Part shown: positions 8,997 through 17,768 of the stretch, piece after piece | Layout of the letters: the number at the start of each line of letters is the position of its first letter | Numbering within the stretch: the first letter of the stretch is position 1 | Origin: Bacteriovoracaceae bacterium | Lineage (GTDB): Bacteria; Bdellovibrionota; Bacteriovoracia; Bacteriovoracales; Bacteriovoracaceae | NCBI GenBank assembly: GCA_049599895.1 | Contig: JBMYPC010000034.1 | Location: 1 to 25,477 of the forward strand | Length of the DNA stretch: 25,477 nt | Reading direction: 5' to 3' | Notes under the pieces: model-generated | The model's input: only the letters and a program-made list of their open reading frames with translations | Told to the model about the DNA's origin: nothing | The model's database searches: none | Program-made: the position numbers and the translations under genes

Positions 8997-9004
8997 AAAT
9001 ACTT

Positions 9005-9316
9005 ATGAATGAGGAAATGCGAGAACTAGAATACGATCTACTTGGGCACAAAGTCAGACTCACTGAGTCAGTTGAACAACGTGAGGCAACTGAAGGTGTT
9101 GAGCCTAAGCAAGTTATTGAAAAAGTCAGCAAGCTGCTAGCTAGCCTAAAAGATACAAAGCCTAATCTTTCCGATGTTGAAATTGCAATTATGGCCTCTC
9201 TCGAATTGGCGGAAGAGAATTTAAAACTTAGAGATGAATTTCTCCAGGAAATTTCTCGAATTGAGCATAATGCTAAAGATGCCCTTCAATACTTAAAGGA
9301 CGTAACGCCTAATTAG
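9005..9316 (+). CDS. zapA: Cell division protein ZapA
   Basis: 103 aa: short beta N-terminus (LLGHKVRL), IAIMASLELAEE motif, C-terminal coiled coil. Canonical position before 5-FTHF cyclo-ligase and rny. Confidence 0.8.
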   Translation: MNEEMRELEYDLLGHKVRLTESVEQREATEGVEPKQVIEKVSKLLASLKDTKPNLSDVEIAIMASLELAEENLKLRDEFLQEISRIEHNAKDALQYLKDVTPN

Positions 9317-9363
9317 TCCTAACGGATCAATTCTTTTTTCGTTTATCAAGCTTTGAGGTTTGT

Positions 9364-9963
9364 GTGGAAAAGCACACGAAAATTTCAATGCGAAAGTCAG
9401 TGAAGAAAGTTTTAAGTTCACTTACAGAATCGCAAAGATGTGAAAAATCTCTCAAGGTTTTAGGCCAGCTTGAGTCGCTAATTTTTGGTGGTGAACTTTC
9501 AAAAATCAAAAGTTCGGTTCTAGGAGTCTTTGCTCCTCTCCACGATGAAGTGGACTGGCTTCAAAGTGAGAGACTGAAAACCCTAAAAACAGCATTTCCT
9601 TATTGGACAGAGAGTCCGATTGAAATCAAAGGATTTTCTCAAGTTGAGTTTCATAAACTTTCAGCTGAGATTCGCTTTGATCGAGAGGCTTTAATGCCAG
9701 ATGGGTCTAATGGTTCTAAAGACTTGAACTTTTTAAACTCATCCCAAATGCCGGCCCTTTTGGTCCCAGGTCTTGCTTTTACAGGAGAGGGAAGAAGGTT
9801 AGGCAGAGGCAAAGGCTTTTATGATCGCTATCTTGAAAATTATGATGGCATCAAAATCGGTCTTTGTTTTTATGAACAGATAATGGAAACACTTCCCTTT
9901 GATGAGCATGACCAGAAAATGGATTATGTCGTAACTGAAGATAAAGTGTTTGCCGCTAAATAG
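9364..9963 (+). CDS. fau: 5-formyltetrahydrofolate cyclo-ligase (YgfA/Fau)
   Basis: LLVPGLAFTGEGRRLGRGKGFYDRYL and DEHDQKMDYVVTE motifs; GAGG SD before the GTG. Confidence 0.95.
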   Translation: MEKHTKISMRKSVKKVLSSLTESQRCEKSLKVLGQLESLIFGGELSKIKSSVLGVFAPLHDEVDWLQSERLKTLKTAFPYWTESPIEIKGFSQVEFHKLSAEIRFDREALMPDGSNGSKDLNFLNSSQMPALLVPGLAFTGEGRRLGRGKGFYDRYLENYDGIKIGLCFYEQIMETLPFDEHDQKMDYVVTEDKVFAAK

Positions 9964-9981
9964 ATTTAGTGGAGGAAAGAA

Positions 9982-11547
9982 ATGGAAAGTATGACTGTGA
10001 CAATATTAGCTGCTGTTCTAACTCTGATCGTTGGATTGGGAGTTGGCTTTTTTATGAGACATCTTTCGGCTCAAAAAGAAATCAAAGAGAGAGAGTCTAA
10101 AGGTGATGAAATCATCGAAAAGGCAAAGCGAGCGGCTAACGACATTAAGTACAATGCTCGTAAAGAGGCCAAAGAAGTGATCGCTGAAGAGAGAAAAAAC
10201 TTTGAAGGTGAAATCAGAAACAAAGAAAAGTCGATCAGAGATCAAGAGCGTGATGTTGCTTCTAAAGAAGCAAAGCTTGAAACTAAACTTGAAGATCACG
10301 AGCGAGCAATGAAGAGAATTGAGCTTGATGAAGAAAAGCTTAGAGATCTTAAGAAAAAAGCGGAAACTGAAAAAGAAAGATATAAAGAAATTCAAGATAG
10401 CCTTAAGGCAAAACTTGTTGAGGTCAGTGGCTTAACTAGAGAAGAGGCGAAAAACATTCTCCTTACCAATATGGAAGAAGACGCTAAAGTTGATTTTGCC
10501 AAAAGACTGACTCAGCTAGAGTCTGAGTTTGAAGAAGAGGCGGAAGAGAAATCTAAAAGAGTGATGGGAATCGCTATTCAAAGATTTGCCGGTGACTTTG
10601 TCGCTGAAAAAACAATCTCAACTGTTGAGCTTCCAAGCGATGATGTAAAAGGAAGACTCATTGGTCGTGAAGGGCGAAACATCCGTGCTTTTGAACAAAT
10701 TTGTGGTGTCGATCTCATTATTGATGATACTCCCGAGGTTGTGGTCCTATCGTCATTCAACGTGGTCCGACGAGAAATTGCTCGCCAGACAATTCAAAAG
10801 CTCTTAGCTGATGGTCGTATTCATCCAGCTAAAATTGAAGAGCTTCATGAAAAATCAAGAGTTGAAATGGATAAGCACCTTTTAAGACTTGGTGAAAAAG
10901 CCCAAATGGAAATTGGTGTTCATGGGATTCACCCAGAGATCTTAAAGCTTGTAGGGGCCCTTGATTTTAGAACGTCTTACACTCAAAACCAATATCAGCA
11001 TGCTCTTGAAGCTGCCTTTATTTGTGGGTCTATCGCTGCTGAGATGGGACTTAATGTTAAGCAGGCAAGACGAGCTGGTCTTCTTCACGACATCGGAAAG
11101 GTCCTCGATGCTTCTGCTGAAGGGTCGCACGCTGTGACTGGTGCTGACTTTGCCAAAAAATATGGGGAGTCACCTGATATTGTTCACGCGATTCGTGCTC
11201 ACCATGACGATGAAAAGCCTGAATCTGTTCTCGCTCACTTAGTAGCAGCTTCTGATGCTCTTTCTGGAGCGAGACCTGGAGCAAGAAAAGCGATGATGGA
11301 ATCATACGTTTCACGACTTTCAGATATTGAAACGATCGTGAATAGCTTTGAAGGTGTTTCAAGAAGCTACGCGATTTCAGGTGGACGTGAAGTTAGAGTT
11401 TTTGTTGAAAACGACCAAGTTAATGACGAATCAACAGTTATGCTCTCTCGTGAGATTGCTAAGAAAATCGAAAACGAAATGTCATATCCTGGAACAATCA
11501 AAATTACTGTTTTAAGAGAAACTAAAGCAGTTGGTGTTGCAAGGTAA
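9982..11547 (+). CDS. rny: Ribonuclease Y
   Basis: N-terminal TM helix, coiled coil, KH domain (KGRLIGREGRNIR), HD domain (GLLHDIGK, DALSGARPGAR); GGAGG SD. Confidence 0.98.
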   Translation: MESMTVTILAAVLTLIVGLGVGFFMRHLSAQKEIKERESKGDEIIEKAKRAANDIKYNARKEAKEVIAEERKNFEGEIRNKEKSIRDQERDVASKEAKLETKLEDHERAMKRIELDEEKLRDLKKKAETEKERYKEIQDSLKAKLVEVSGLTREEAKNILLTNMEEDAKVDFAKRLTQLESEFEEEAEEKSKRVMGIAIQRFAGDFVAEKTISTVELPSDDVKGRLIGREGRNIRAFEQICGVDLIIDDTPEVVVLSSFNVVRREIARQTIQKLLADGRIHPAKIEELHEKSRVEMDKHLLRLGEKAQMEIGVHGIHPEILKLVGALDFRTSYTQNQYQHALEAAFICGSIAAEMGLNVKQARRAGLLHDIGKVLDASAEGSHAVTGADFAKKYGESPDIVHAIRAHHDDEKPESVLAHLVAASDALSGARPGARKAMMESYVSRLSDIETIVNSFEGVSRSYAISGGREVRVFVENDQVNDESTVMLSREIAKKIENEMSYPGTIKITVLRETKAVGVAR

Positions 11548-11590
11548 ACTAACAAGATAGACTAACAACAAGATAGCCTAAAACAAGCTT
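11548..11590 (+). repeat. Short imperfect tandem repeat after the rny stop
   Basis: ACTAACAAGATAG / ACTAACAACAAGATAG / CCTAAAACAAGCTT. Confidence 0.6.
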
Positions 11591-11600
11591 GAGGTCTTTG

Positions 11601-12071
11601 ATGAGACGTCACACCCTTTTAGATTCAATGCGCTCTCTTCGAAAGTTGAGAATCTCAACAATCGAGGTGAGTTTAAGAAACTATACGTGGGAAATAGCGT
11701 TTCTTATCATTCTATTCGAAATCTCTTTCATCTTCGATTTTTTATTGAGCTTTAAATTGGCCTTCGTTCTTTTAGGTTACTTTTGGTGTTGGGCCTTAAG
11801 CTCTCCAAGACTTATCTATCGAGCAGGATCTAAGAATTATAAGCTGTCTCTTATCAAAGGTATTATTAAGTTTGAAAGAAGCCTAAGAGGCACCAATTTT
11901 TTTAAATCCGTAAAAATGCCTTATCTTAGACCTGCCTCAAGAATCATTTCATTGGCCCTTTTTAGCATTCTTTTTTGTGTGATCATTAAAAGGTTTTATT
12001 TTCTCTATTTTCTTGGAGGCGCCATTTTTTATGAAGTGGCCCTCTTAATCAAAGTTCAGACACGTCAATAA
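11601..12071 (+). CDS. Hypothetical inner-membrane protein (about 4 TM, basic)
   Basis: ATG at 11601 preceded by GAGGT SD; hydrophobic segments separated by Arg/Lys-rich loops. Confidence 0.65.
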   Translation: MRRHTLLDSMRSLRKLRISTIEVSLRNYTWEIAFLIILFEISFIFDFLLSFKLAFVLLGYFWCWALSSPRLIYRAGSKNYKLSLIKGIIKFERSLRGTNFFKSVKMPYLRPASRIISLALFSILFCVIIKRFYFLYFLGGAIFYEVALLIKVQTRQ

Positions 12072-12095
12072 TTTCTGTATCTTAGGTCATCTTAT

Positions 12096-12123
12096 TAAGT
12101 AAAAATTTGCGAGTTTCCGATAA
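12096..12123 (+). promoter_or_regulatory. Putative sigma28-type promoter
   Basis: TAAG-N16-TCCGATAA, 8 nt before the ATG at 12132; same geometry as the site at 5621-5648. Confidence 0.5.
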
Positions 12124-12131
12124 GTTTAGAA

Positions 12132-12239
12132 ATGAGAAATCTTTTTATCACTTCGTTTTTACTGCTTTTTTCAGGGCTGTGTTTCGCAGAGATGAAACCC
12201 TATGCGTGAGGGCAAATTGATGATGTTCCCTGCATGTAA
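12132..12239 (+). pseudogene. Remnant of a secreted-protein gene (signal peptide only) or small ORF
   Basis: MRNLFITSFLLLFSGLCFA-EMKPYA, TGA at 12207-12209, then in-frame GQIDDVPCM and TAA at 12237-12239. Classic Sec signal peptide; too short for the ORF track. Confidence 0.55.
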
Positions 12240-12240
12240 T

Positions 12241-13206
12241 TTAATAAAGGTCATTCTCGTCTTGAATATTATGACCAAGAAGTTTCTCAATCAAATCTTC
12301 AAGAGTGACAATCCCAATAAAACGTCCTTCTTCATTAATGACCGCGGCGATGTGGGACCGTCTTTCAAGAAGTCTCTCAAAAAGTTCTTGGCCAGTAGTC
12401 GTGTCACTAAGAATTAGGATCTTCTTAGAGATCTCTGAAATTTTGAAGTCTTGTTCATCGATGTAGCTTTGCAGAATCTCTCTTTTAAGAACATAACCCT
12501 TGATATCATCACGGTTAATGCCAAAGACGAGAAGTCTTGAGAAGGTATGTCGTTTGACTTCATCGAGAGCTTCAGAAACTTTTAAATCCGATTGAATTCC
12601 AACCACTCCAGAGGCTGGAGTGACTATGTCGCCCAACTTCACGTCTGCAAAATTAATAAGAGACTTAAGAGATTGATATTCACCCTGATCAATTACACCT
12701 GATTGAAAACCGATTTCTGCAAGAGCGGGGATTTCATCCCGTGAGATAGGGCTTTCCTCTTTGCCTTTAATGAGCTTTGAAAGTTTCGCTGAAAACCAGA
12801 CAATAGGAAGCGAAATAATAATCATTGGTTTTAAAACCAAGCAGGTGAATCCTAAGAGGTTCTTCCAGTTCTTTGCCCCAATTGATTTGGGAATGATTTC
12901 ACTAAAAAAGAGAATAATAAAAGTGAGCACGGCTGAGAAAAGCGCCAAGTATTCATTTCCCCAGAGTCTTTGCGCCTCGGCACCTGCTCCTGCTGCACCA
13001 ATGGTGTGAGCGATAGTGTTGAAGGTAAGGATCGAGGCCAAAGGCTTTTCAATGTCTTTTTTCAGTTCGTGGACTTTTTGATAAAGCCTAGGCTTTTGGT
13101 CTTTTAAAGAAGAGAGATAGCTTGGAGTTAGACTTAAAATCACTGCTTCAAGCATTGAGCAGATAAAAGAGACGAATACAGATAGTGAAATGTAAAATAT
13201 CAACAT
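12241..13206 (-). CDS. CNNM (DUF21) + CBS-pair membrane protein (putative Mg2+/Co2+ transporter family)
   Basis: SFICSMLEAVILS, ILTFNTIAHTIGAAGAG, FSEIIPKSIG, GIVTLEDLIEKLLGHNIQDE; no C-terminal CorC_HlyC domain. Confidence 0.93.
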   Translation of the reverse strand: MLIFYISLSVFVSFICSMLEAVILSLTPSYLSSLKDQKPRLYQKVHELKKDIEKPLASILTFNTIAHTIGAAGAGAEAQRLWGNEYLALFSAVLTFIILFFSEIIPKSIGAKNWKNLLGFTCLVLKPMIIISLPIVWFSAKLSKLIKGKEESPISRDEIPALAEIGFQSGVIDQGEYQSLKSLINFADVKLGDIVTPASGVVGIQSDLKVSEALDEVKRHTFSRLLVFGINRDDIKGYVLKREILQSYIDEQDFKISEISKKILILSDTTTGQELFERLLERRSHIAAVINEEGRFIGIVTLEDLIEKLLGHNIQDENDLY

Positions 13207-13301
13207 AGTGTCAAAGCTCCGGGAGTTAGAATCAGCTTTTACAAAGTCTCGTTTGGCACTTGGTGATTTTAAAAAATTCTTAAATCAGCTACTGTCTTTG
13301 A

Positions 13302-14723
13302 ATGATCAACTTTAAAAACAGCTATACAAGTTTGCCACCTAAGTTTTTCGAAAGGATCTCTCCCGAGAAGTTCCAGGATCCTAGGCTTATTATTTTTAAT
13401 AATAAATTAGCAAAAAATCTTAAGATTGATACAAAAAACTACGATGATAATGATCTCGCCCAGGTCTTTTCCGGACAAAAGGTCCTCGAAGGCTCTGATC
13501 CCATTGCCATGGCCTATGCTGGCTTTCAATTTGGCCATCCTGTTGAGCAGCTAGGAGACGGGAGGGCCCATCTTCTGGGAGAAGCTGAAAACTTTGATAT
13601 TCAGCTAAAAGGCTCCGGAAGGACTCGTTTTTCAAGAAGAGGAGATGGTCGAAGTGCCCTTGGGCCTGTTCTTAGAGAATATCTTCTGAGCGAGGCGATG
13701 CATGTCTACGGAGTTCCCACCACAAGAGCACTTGCAGCAGTGACCACCGGAGAGTCTGTTTATAGACAAGATGGACCTGAGCCAGGTGGGGTTCTCACCC
13801 GAGTTGCGGACAGCCATATTCGAGTAGGGACTTTTCAGTACTTTTCCTTTCAAGGGGATTTAGATTCTTTAGAGCTTCTTCTTGATTACACTCTTAACCG
13901 TCATTTTCCAGATGTTTTGGGTTATATGACTCTCAAAGAAAAGTCTCTCGAACTATTAAAAAGAGTTTCGATTCTTCAGGCCCAATTGATTGCAAAGTGG
14001 AGCTCTCTTGGCTTTATTCATGGAGTGATGAATACTGATAATTGTTCTCCGGGTGGAATTACGATTGATTACGGTCCATGCGCCTTTATGGATGAATTTC
14101 GGTTTCACAAAGTTTTTAGTTCAATTGATCGTTTAAAAAGATATTCATTTTTCAATCAACTTCCGATCGCCCAATGGAATGTTTTAAGGCTTGCCGATTG
14201 TTTTATTCCTTTTATCGATGACCATGTGGAAACAGCGGCTTCAATTGTGAATAAAGAGCTGACTCCTTATTTTGAAAAGTTTGCGGATCTAAGAACCGAT
14301 GCCTTTGCAAGAAAGTTAGGGCTTAACTTTTATCAACAAGGTGATGAAGAAATCGTTACAAACTTTTTAGAATACCTTGAGAATCATTCTCTTGATTTTA
14401 CTCAGAGTTTTCGAAATCTCGAAGCCCTTTATAATGGAGATGATGAAGGCTATCCTCAATCAGAACCTCGAAAGAAATTTCTCACAAAATGGAAGGCACG
14501 AAATCCAGACTTTGAAGGATTAAATCTTGAGAACCCCTATATTATTCCAAGAAATCATCTCGTTGAAAAAGCAATAAAAGAGGCTTACGAAGGAAACTAT
14601 GATTTTTTCATTCAGTTTCATGAGGCCTTAAGTGATCCTTATTCTGAAAACGATACAACTCGTCCTTTTTCTGCGCCACCGGCACTCAGTGAAAGAGTCT
14701 ATCAAACTTTTTGTGGGACTTAG
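13302..14723 (+). CDS. selO: Protein adenylyltransferase SelO (YdiU/UPF0061)
   Basis: YAGFQFG, QLGDGRA, QLKGSGRT, GFIHGVMNTDN, IDYGPC, C-terminal YQTFCGT. Confidence 0.97.
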   Translation: MINFKNSYTSLPPKFFERISPEKFQDPRLIIFNNKLAKNLKIDTKNYDDNDLAQVFSGQKVLEGSDPIAMAYAGFQFGHPVEQLGDGRAHLLGEAENFDIQLKGSGRTRFSRRGDGRSALGPVLREYLLSEAMHVYGVPTTRALAAVTTGESVYRQDGPEPGGVLTRVADSHIRVGTFQYFSFQGDLDSLELLLDYTLNRHFPDVLGYMTLKEKSLELLKRVSILQAQLIAKWSSLGFIHGVMNTDNCSPGGITIDYGPCAFMDEFRFHKVFSSIDRLKRYSFFNQLPIAQWNVLRLADCFIPFIDDHVETAASIVNKELTPYFEKFADLRTDAFARKLGLNFYQQGDEEIVTNFLEYLENHSLDFTQSFRNLEALYNGDDEGYPQSEPRKKFLTKWKARNPDFEGLNLENPYIIPRNHLVEKAIKEAYEGNYDFFIQFHEALSDPYSENDTTRPFSAPPALSERVYQTFCGT

Positions 14724-15706
14724 ATTCTACCAAGATATGATTGAAATTCACCTAAAGATTTAGAGCGAAGAAGTGAGCTTTTAAGGTTTGAGCTATTTTC
14801 AAAATCATCAAAAAGATAACGAGAAAGGCCTTTAAATCTTCTTAGGCGATGATCCGCGGTCCATGAGGCATTTTCATAAGTTTGATCAAGGTTTTTATAA
14901 TAGAGCTTGATAAAGCTTCTTCTCATTTTTTCTTTTTTTTCTTTGTCGAGTTCTAAATTTTGCTTTTTGATAGAATAGAGTTTTGAAAGCCAAGGAGTCT
15001 TAAGTGCTCCTCTTGCGGCCATGACGGCGTAGCAATTTGCCTCTTTAAACATTCGATCAATATCTTCTTCGCTCCAGATGTCTCCGTTTCCAATGATAGG
15101 AACATCTGAAATTTCAACAGCTCTTCTAATATAGTCCCAGTTGGCTCGGCCTTTGTAGAGTTGCTTCCTTGTTCTTGCATGAAGAGTGATCGCCTGGGCA
15201 CCAAGGTCGTTGAGAAGCCGAATGATCGATTCAAAATTTTGATCGTCATTGAAGCCAATTCGAATTTTCACTGTAAAAAGATGATCAAAGTTTGAGCGAA
15301 TTTCTTTTATGACTTTTTCAAGAAGTTTGAGATCACTTAAAAGAAAGGATCCTCCTTTATGGGAACAAACAGCTTTTGAGGGGCAGCCAAGGTTTAGATC
15401 AAGATGTTTAAAACCAAGAGCTTGTATTTGTCTTACTGTCTCTACAGTATTAGAGCTAGGAGAAGCGAGAATTTGATATGAGGTTTTGGCAGTAAGCTTT
15501 TCATCTTCAAGAACACTCTTTCCAAAGTGATTGAGAACCTTTTCGTCTTTATAATAACCTGTTCCCGGGATCCTTAAAAAATCAGTACTCCAATAATTCC
15601 ATTCCGGAAAAATCTCAGAGAGAGTTTTTCGATACACCTCATCGGTTACTCCTTCCATGGGAGCAAATAAAACTGAGCCTTCTGGGATTCGAGTGCTTAA
15701 ATCCAT
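14720..15706 (-). CDS. tRNA-dihydrouridine synthase (DusC-like)
   Basis: FAPMEGV, DLNLGCP, TVKIRIG, TLHART, IGNGDI, VMAARGAL. ATG at 15706 preferred; GTG at 15721 is the alternative. Confidence 0.93.
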   Translation of the reverse strand: MDLSTRIPEGSVLFAPMEGVTDEVYRKTLSEIFPEWNYWSTDFLRIPGTGYYKDEKVLNHFGKSVLEDEKLTAKTSYQILASPSSNTVETVRQIQALGFKHLDLNLGCPSKAVCSHKGGSFLLSDLKLLEKVIKEIRSNFDHLFTVKIRIGFNDDQNFESIIRLLNDLGAQAITLHARTRKQLYKGRANWDYIRRAVEISDVPIIGNGDIWSEEDIDRMFKEANCYAVMAARGALKTPWLSKLYSIKKQNLELDKEKKEKMRRSFIKLYYKNLDQTYENASWTADHRLRRFKGLSRYLFDDFENSSNLKSSLLRSKSLGEFQSYLGRI

Positions 15707-15782
15707 GGGGCTTTTTAACACCTTGAGTCTCAGACGGCCAGATTCCAGTGACGACTTCTCCTCAAGTTGATATGAATGAAGA

Positions 15783-16301
15783 GTGAAAGAAAGCTTACCC
15801 CTGAAATTTGTCTCAATTCTGATTCCTTTTAAAGAGGTGACAGAAAACTCTGTAAGTCTTTGGTTTCAAAGAAGATCAGATGAAAACCCCGAACTTGATG
15901 GAAAGTTAGAATTTCCCGGTGGCAAAGTTGAAAAAGAAGAAACACCATTTCAGGCTGTCATTCGAGAGGCCCAGGAAGAGCTTGAAATCTCAAAAGAAGA
16001 ATGTGGAAAACCACTTTTTATAAAGCTAAGCTCATTTAGTTATTCAGATCGAAAAGTCGTTCTTTATAGCTATATGAGTTATGGCCCTGAACTTGTCAAA
16101 AATGCCCCTGGAGAGTGGATAACTTTTAAAAATAATGAATGGCGCTCAAAGTATGAGAAATCTCTACCTGAGGCAAACCTTGAGATCATTGACGATCTTA
16201 TGAGTTTTTTGACATCTTGTGCGAAAGATCATCCTGAATTAGATACTGAAAAACTATGGAAACAGTTAGACCAATTGCCGAATTCTTTCTTCTCTCACTA
16301 A
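15783..16301 (+). CDS. NUDIX hydrolase (MutT-like)
   Basis: EFPGGKVEKEETPFQAVIREAQEEL Nudix box and LPEAN near the C-terminus. Confidence 0.9.
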   Translation: MKESLPLKFVSILIPFKEVTENSVSLWFQRRSDENPELDGKLEFPGGKVEKEETPFQAVIREAQEELEISKEECGKPLFIKLSSFSYSDRKVVLYSYMSYGPELVKNAPGEWITFKNNEWRSKYEKSLPEANLEIIDDLMSFLTSCAKDHPELDTEKLWKQLDQLPNSFFSH

Positions 16302-17020
16302 GTTTGGGAATAGGGATTTTTACCTATCTTGTGGACACTGAAAAAACCGGTGGTGGACTCATGAGAGTTATGGCCTCGGTTTGTGGAATTAGCTCATTTC
16401 TCGGGGGTTGTTTTCATATCTTTTCACCAGCACCCCAAACTTCTCTTTATATCTGTTATGGACTGGCGACCTTTGCCTTCTTTGCCATCTATTTAAAACA
16501 TGGTGATAAGAAATCTCTTTTTATGTGGGCCATGTACGCTCTTCATAACCTCTCTTTAATTGTAGGTCTTTATTTTTTAACGGAGACACTGACTGAGTTT
16601 GGCTTTCTTCTTTCATCAACTCTTTTTCTTGGAGCAGTGACTTTTGCAATGGTGAAAGGCCATTGGTATTTAGTGACTCCAAAACTGTCTGAGCTTCCTC
16701 TAGCTAAGGCCGTGATTTTTACTTGGATTCTCTTAACGATTAAAGTTGTCATTACAACCATTGGCTATATTCAGGCCAGAGACTTTTTTAGCTCGATGAC
16801 AACTATGGGAGGAGGCTACGCCTTTAATTGGATGATGCTTCTGATGCGTATTGTTTGGGGTTATGTGATTATTCTCATTATGAGCTATTATGGATGGCGA
16901 CTTGTTCGCATGCGCTCAATTCAAAGTGCCACAGGTATCTTTTATGCCATGGTGATTTTTGTTTTTATTGGTGAACTGATTTCAAGTTATTTATTTTTTA
17001 AACATGGATTATATATATGA
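16256..17020 (+). CDS. Uncharacterised polytopic membrane protein with GHWYL and SxQSATG motifs
   Basis: About 8 TM segments; MVKGHWYLVTPKL and MRSIQSATGIFY. Overlaps the NUDIX gene by 46 nt. Confidence 0.85.
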   Translation: METVRPIAEFFLLSLSLGIGIFTYLVDTEKTGGGLMRVMASVCGISSFLGGCFHIFSPAPQTSLYICYGLATFAFFAIYLKHGDKKSLFMWAMYALHNLSLIVGLYFLTETLTEFGFLLSSTLFLGAVTFAMVKGHWYLVTPKLSELPLAKAVIFTWILLTIKVVITTIGYIQARDFFSSMTTMGGGYAFNWMMLLMRIVWGYVIILIMSYYGWRLVRMRSIQSATGIFYAMVIFVFIGELISSYLFFKHGLYI

Positions 17021-17472
17021 CGATGGAAGTGACGATTACTTGTAAAGAATGTGGTTCAGGTGTTCACGTGCATCCTTCAACTTCAGCGACAGATGCTCAC
17101 TGCGAAGTTTGCGGACACGACACTCCTATTAAATTCAATCAGGATCATCTTTCTGGAAAGCTTTGCGAGTGCCCGGTTTGTGAAAGAAAAGATTTCTACT
17201 CACAGAAAGACTTTAACCGAAAGATTGGTGTGATTCTTTTTGTGATTGCCGCAATCCTTTCAATTTGGACATATGGAATTTCATTTATTGTTCTCTACCT
17301 CTTTGATTTAATCCTTTATAAGAAACTTGGGAAAATCGGCATTTGCTATAATTGCCAGACCATCTTTAGAAACATTTCTAATATTGATTCCATTCCCAGC
17401 TTTGATCATGAGATGAATGATCGAATTATTTATTCTGGGCATGACTTTGATGGCAAGCCCCTTGAACACTAA
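17017..17472 (+). CDS. Uncharacterised Zn-ribbon membrane protein (4 CxxC, 2 TM)
   Basis: CKEC, CEVC, CPVC, CYNC; FYSQKDFNRKIG before a TM hairpin. ATGA overlap with the upstream gene. Confidence 0.85.
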   Translation: MTMEVTITCKECGSGVHVHPSTSATDAHCEVCGHDTPIKFNQDHLSGKLCECPVCERKDFYSQKDFNRKIGVILFVIAAILSIWTYGISFIVLYLFDLILYKKLGKIGICYNCQTIFRNISNIDSIPSFDHEMNDRIIYSGHDFDGKPLEH

Positions 17473-17582
17473 TGATTCAGAGATTTGTCACTTTTTAGGC
17501 AGAATCTAAGATAAATTTGGCCTTGAGACTAAGTAGTAACCTAATTTCAGTACTTTAATTGTAAAAATAGTCCCTTGGGCCA

Positions 17583-17611
17583 TTGAGTTCATCTTGAATT
17601 GGTGATAGGTT
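17583..17611 (+). promoter_or_regulatory. Putative sigma70 promoter for the second CNNM gene
   Basis: TTGAGT-N17-TAGGTT with extended -10 TG. Confidence 0.35.
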
Positions 17612-17768
17612 TTAGTATTAGATGGTTTTTGTTCAACTTAACCAAGGAAAACAAACATAAGACCGACTCAAATTCAAAACCCTGGCTTGATGATAGACGT
17701 CACCGATGACGAGGAAGACCAGAGGCACTTAGAGACTTATTCAAGAACTTATCAAGGATCACTGACAG

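Noticed and set aside
11548..11590. CRISPR-like array
   Set aside because: Units are 13-16 nt, directly adjacent, with no spacers and no cas genes.
14700..14723. Selenocysteine at the SelO C-terminus
   Set aside because: The gene ends TFCGT-TAG with Cys, the ordinary bacterial form.
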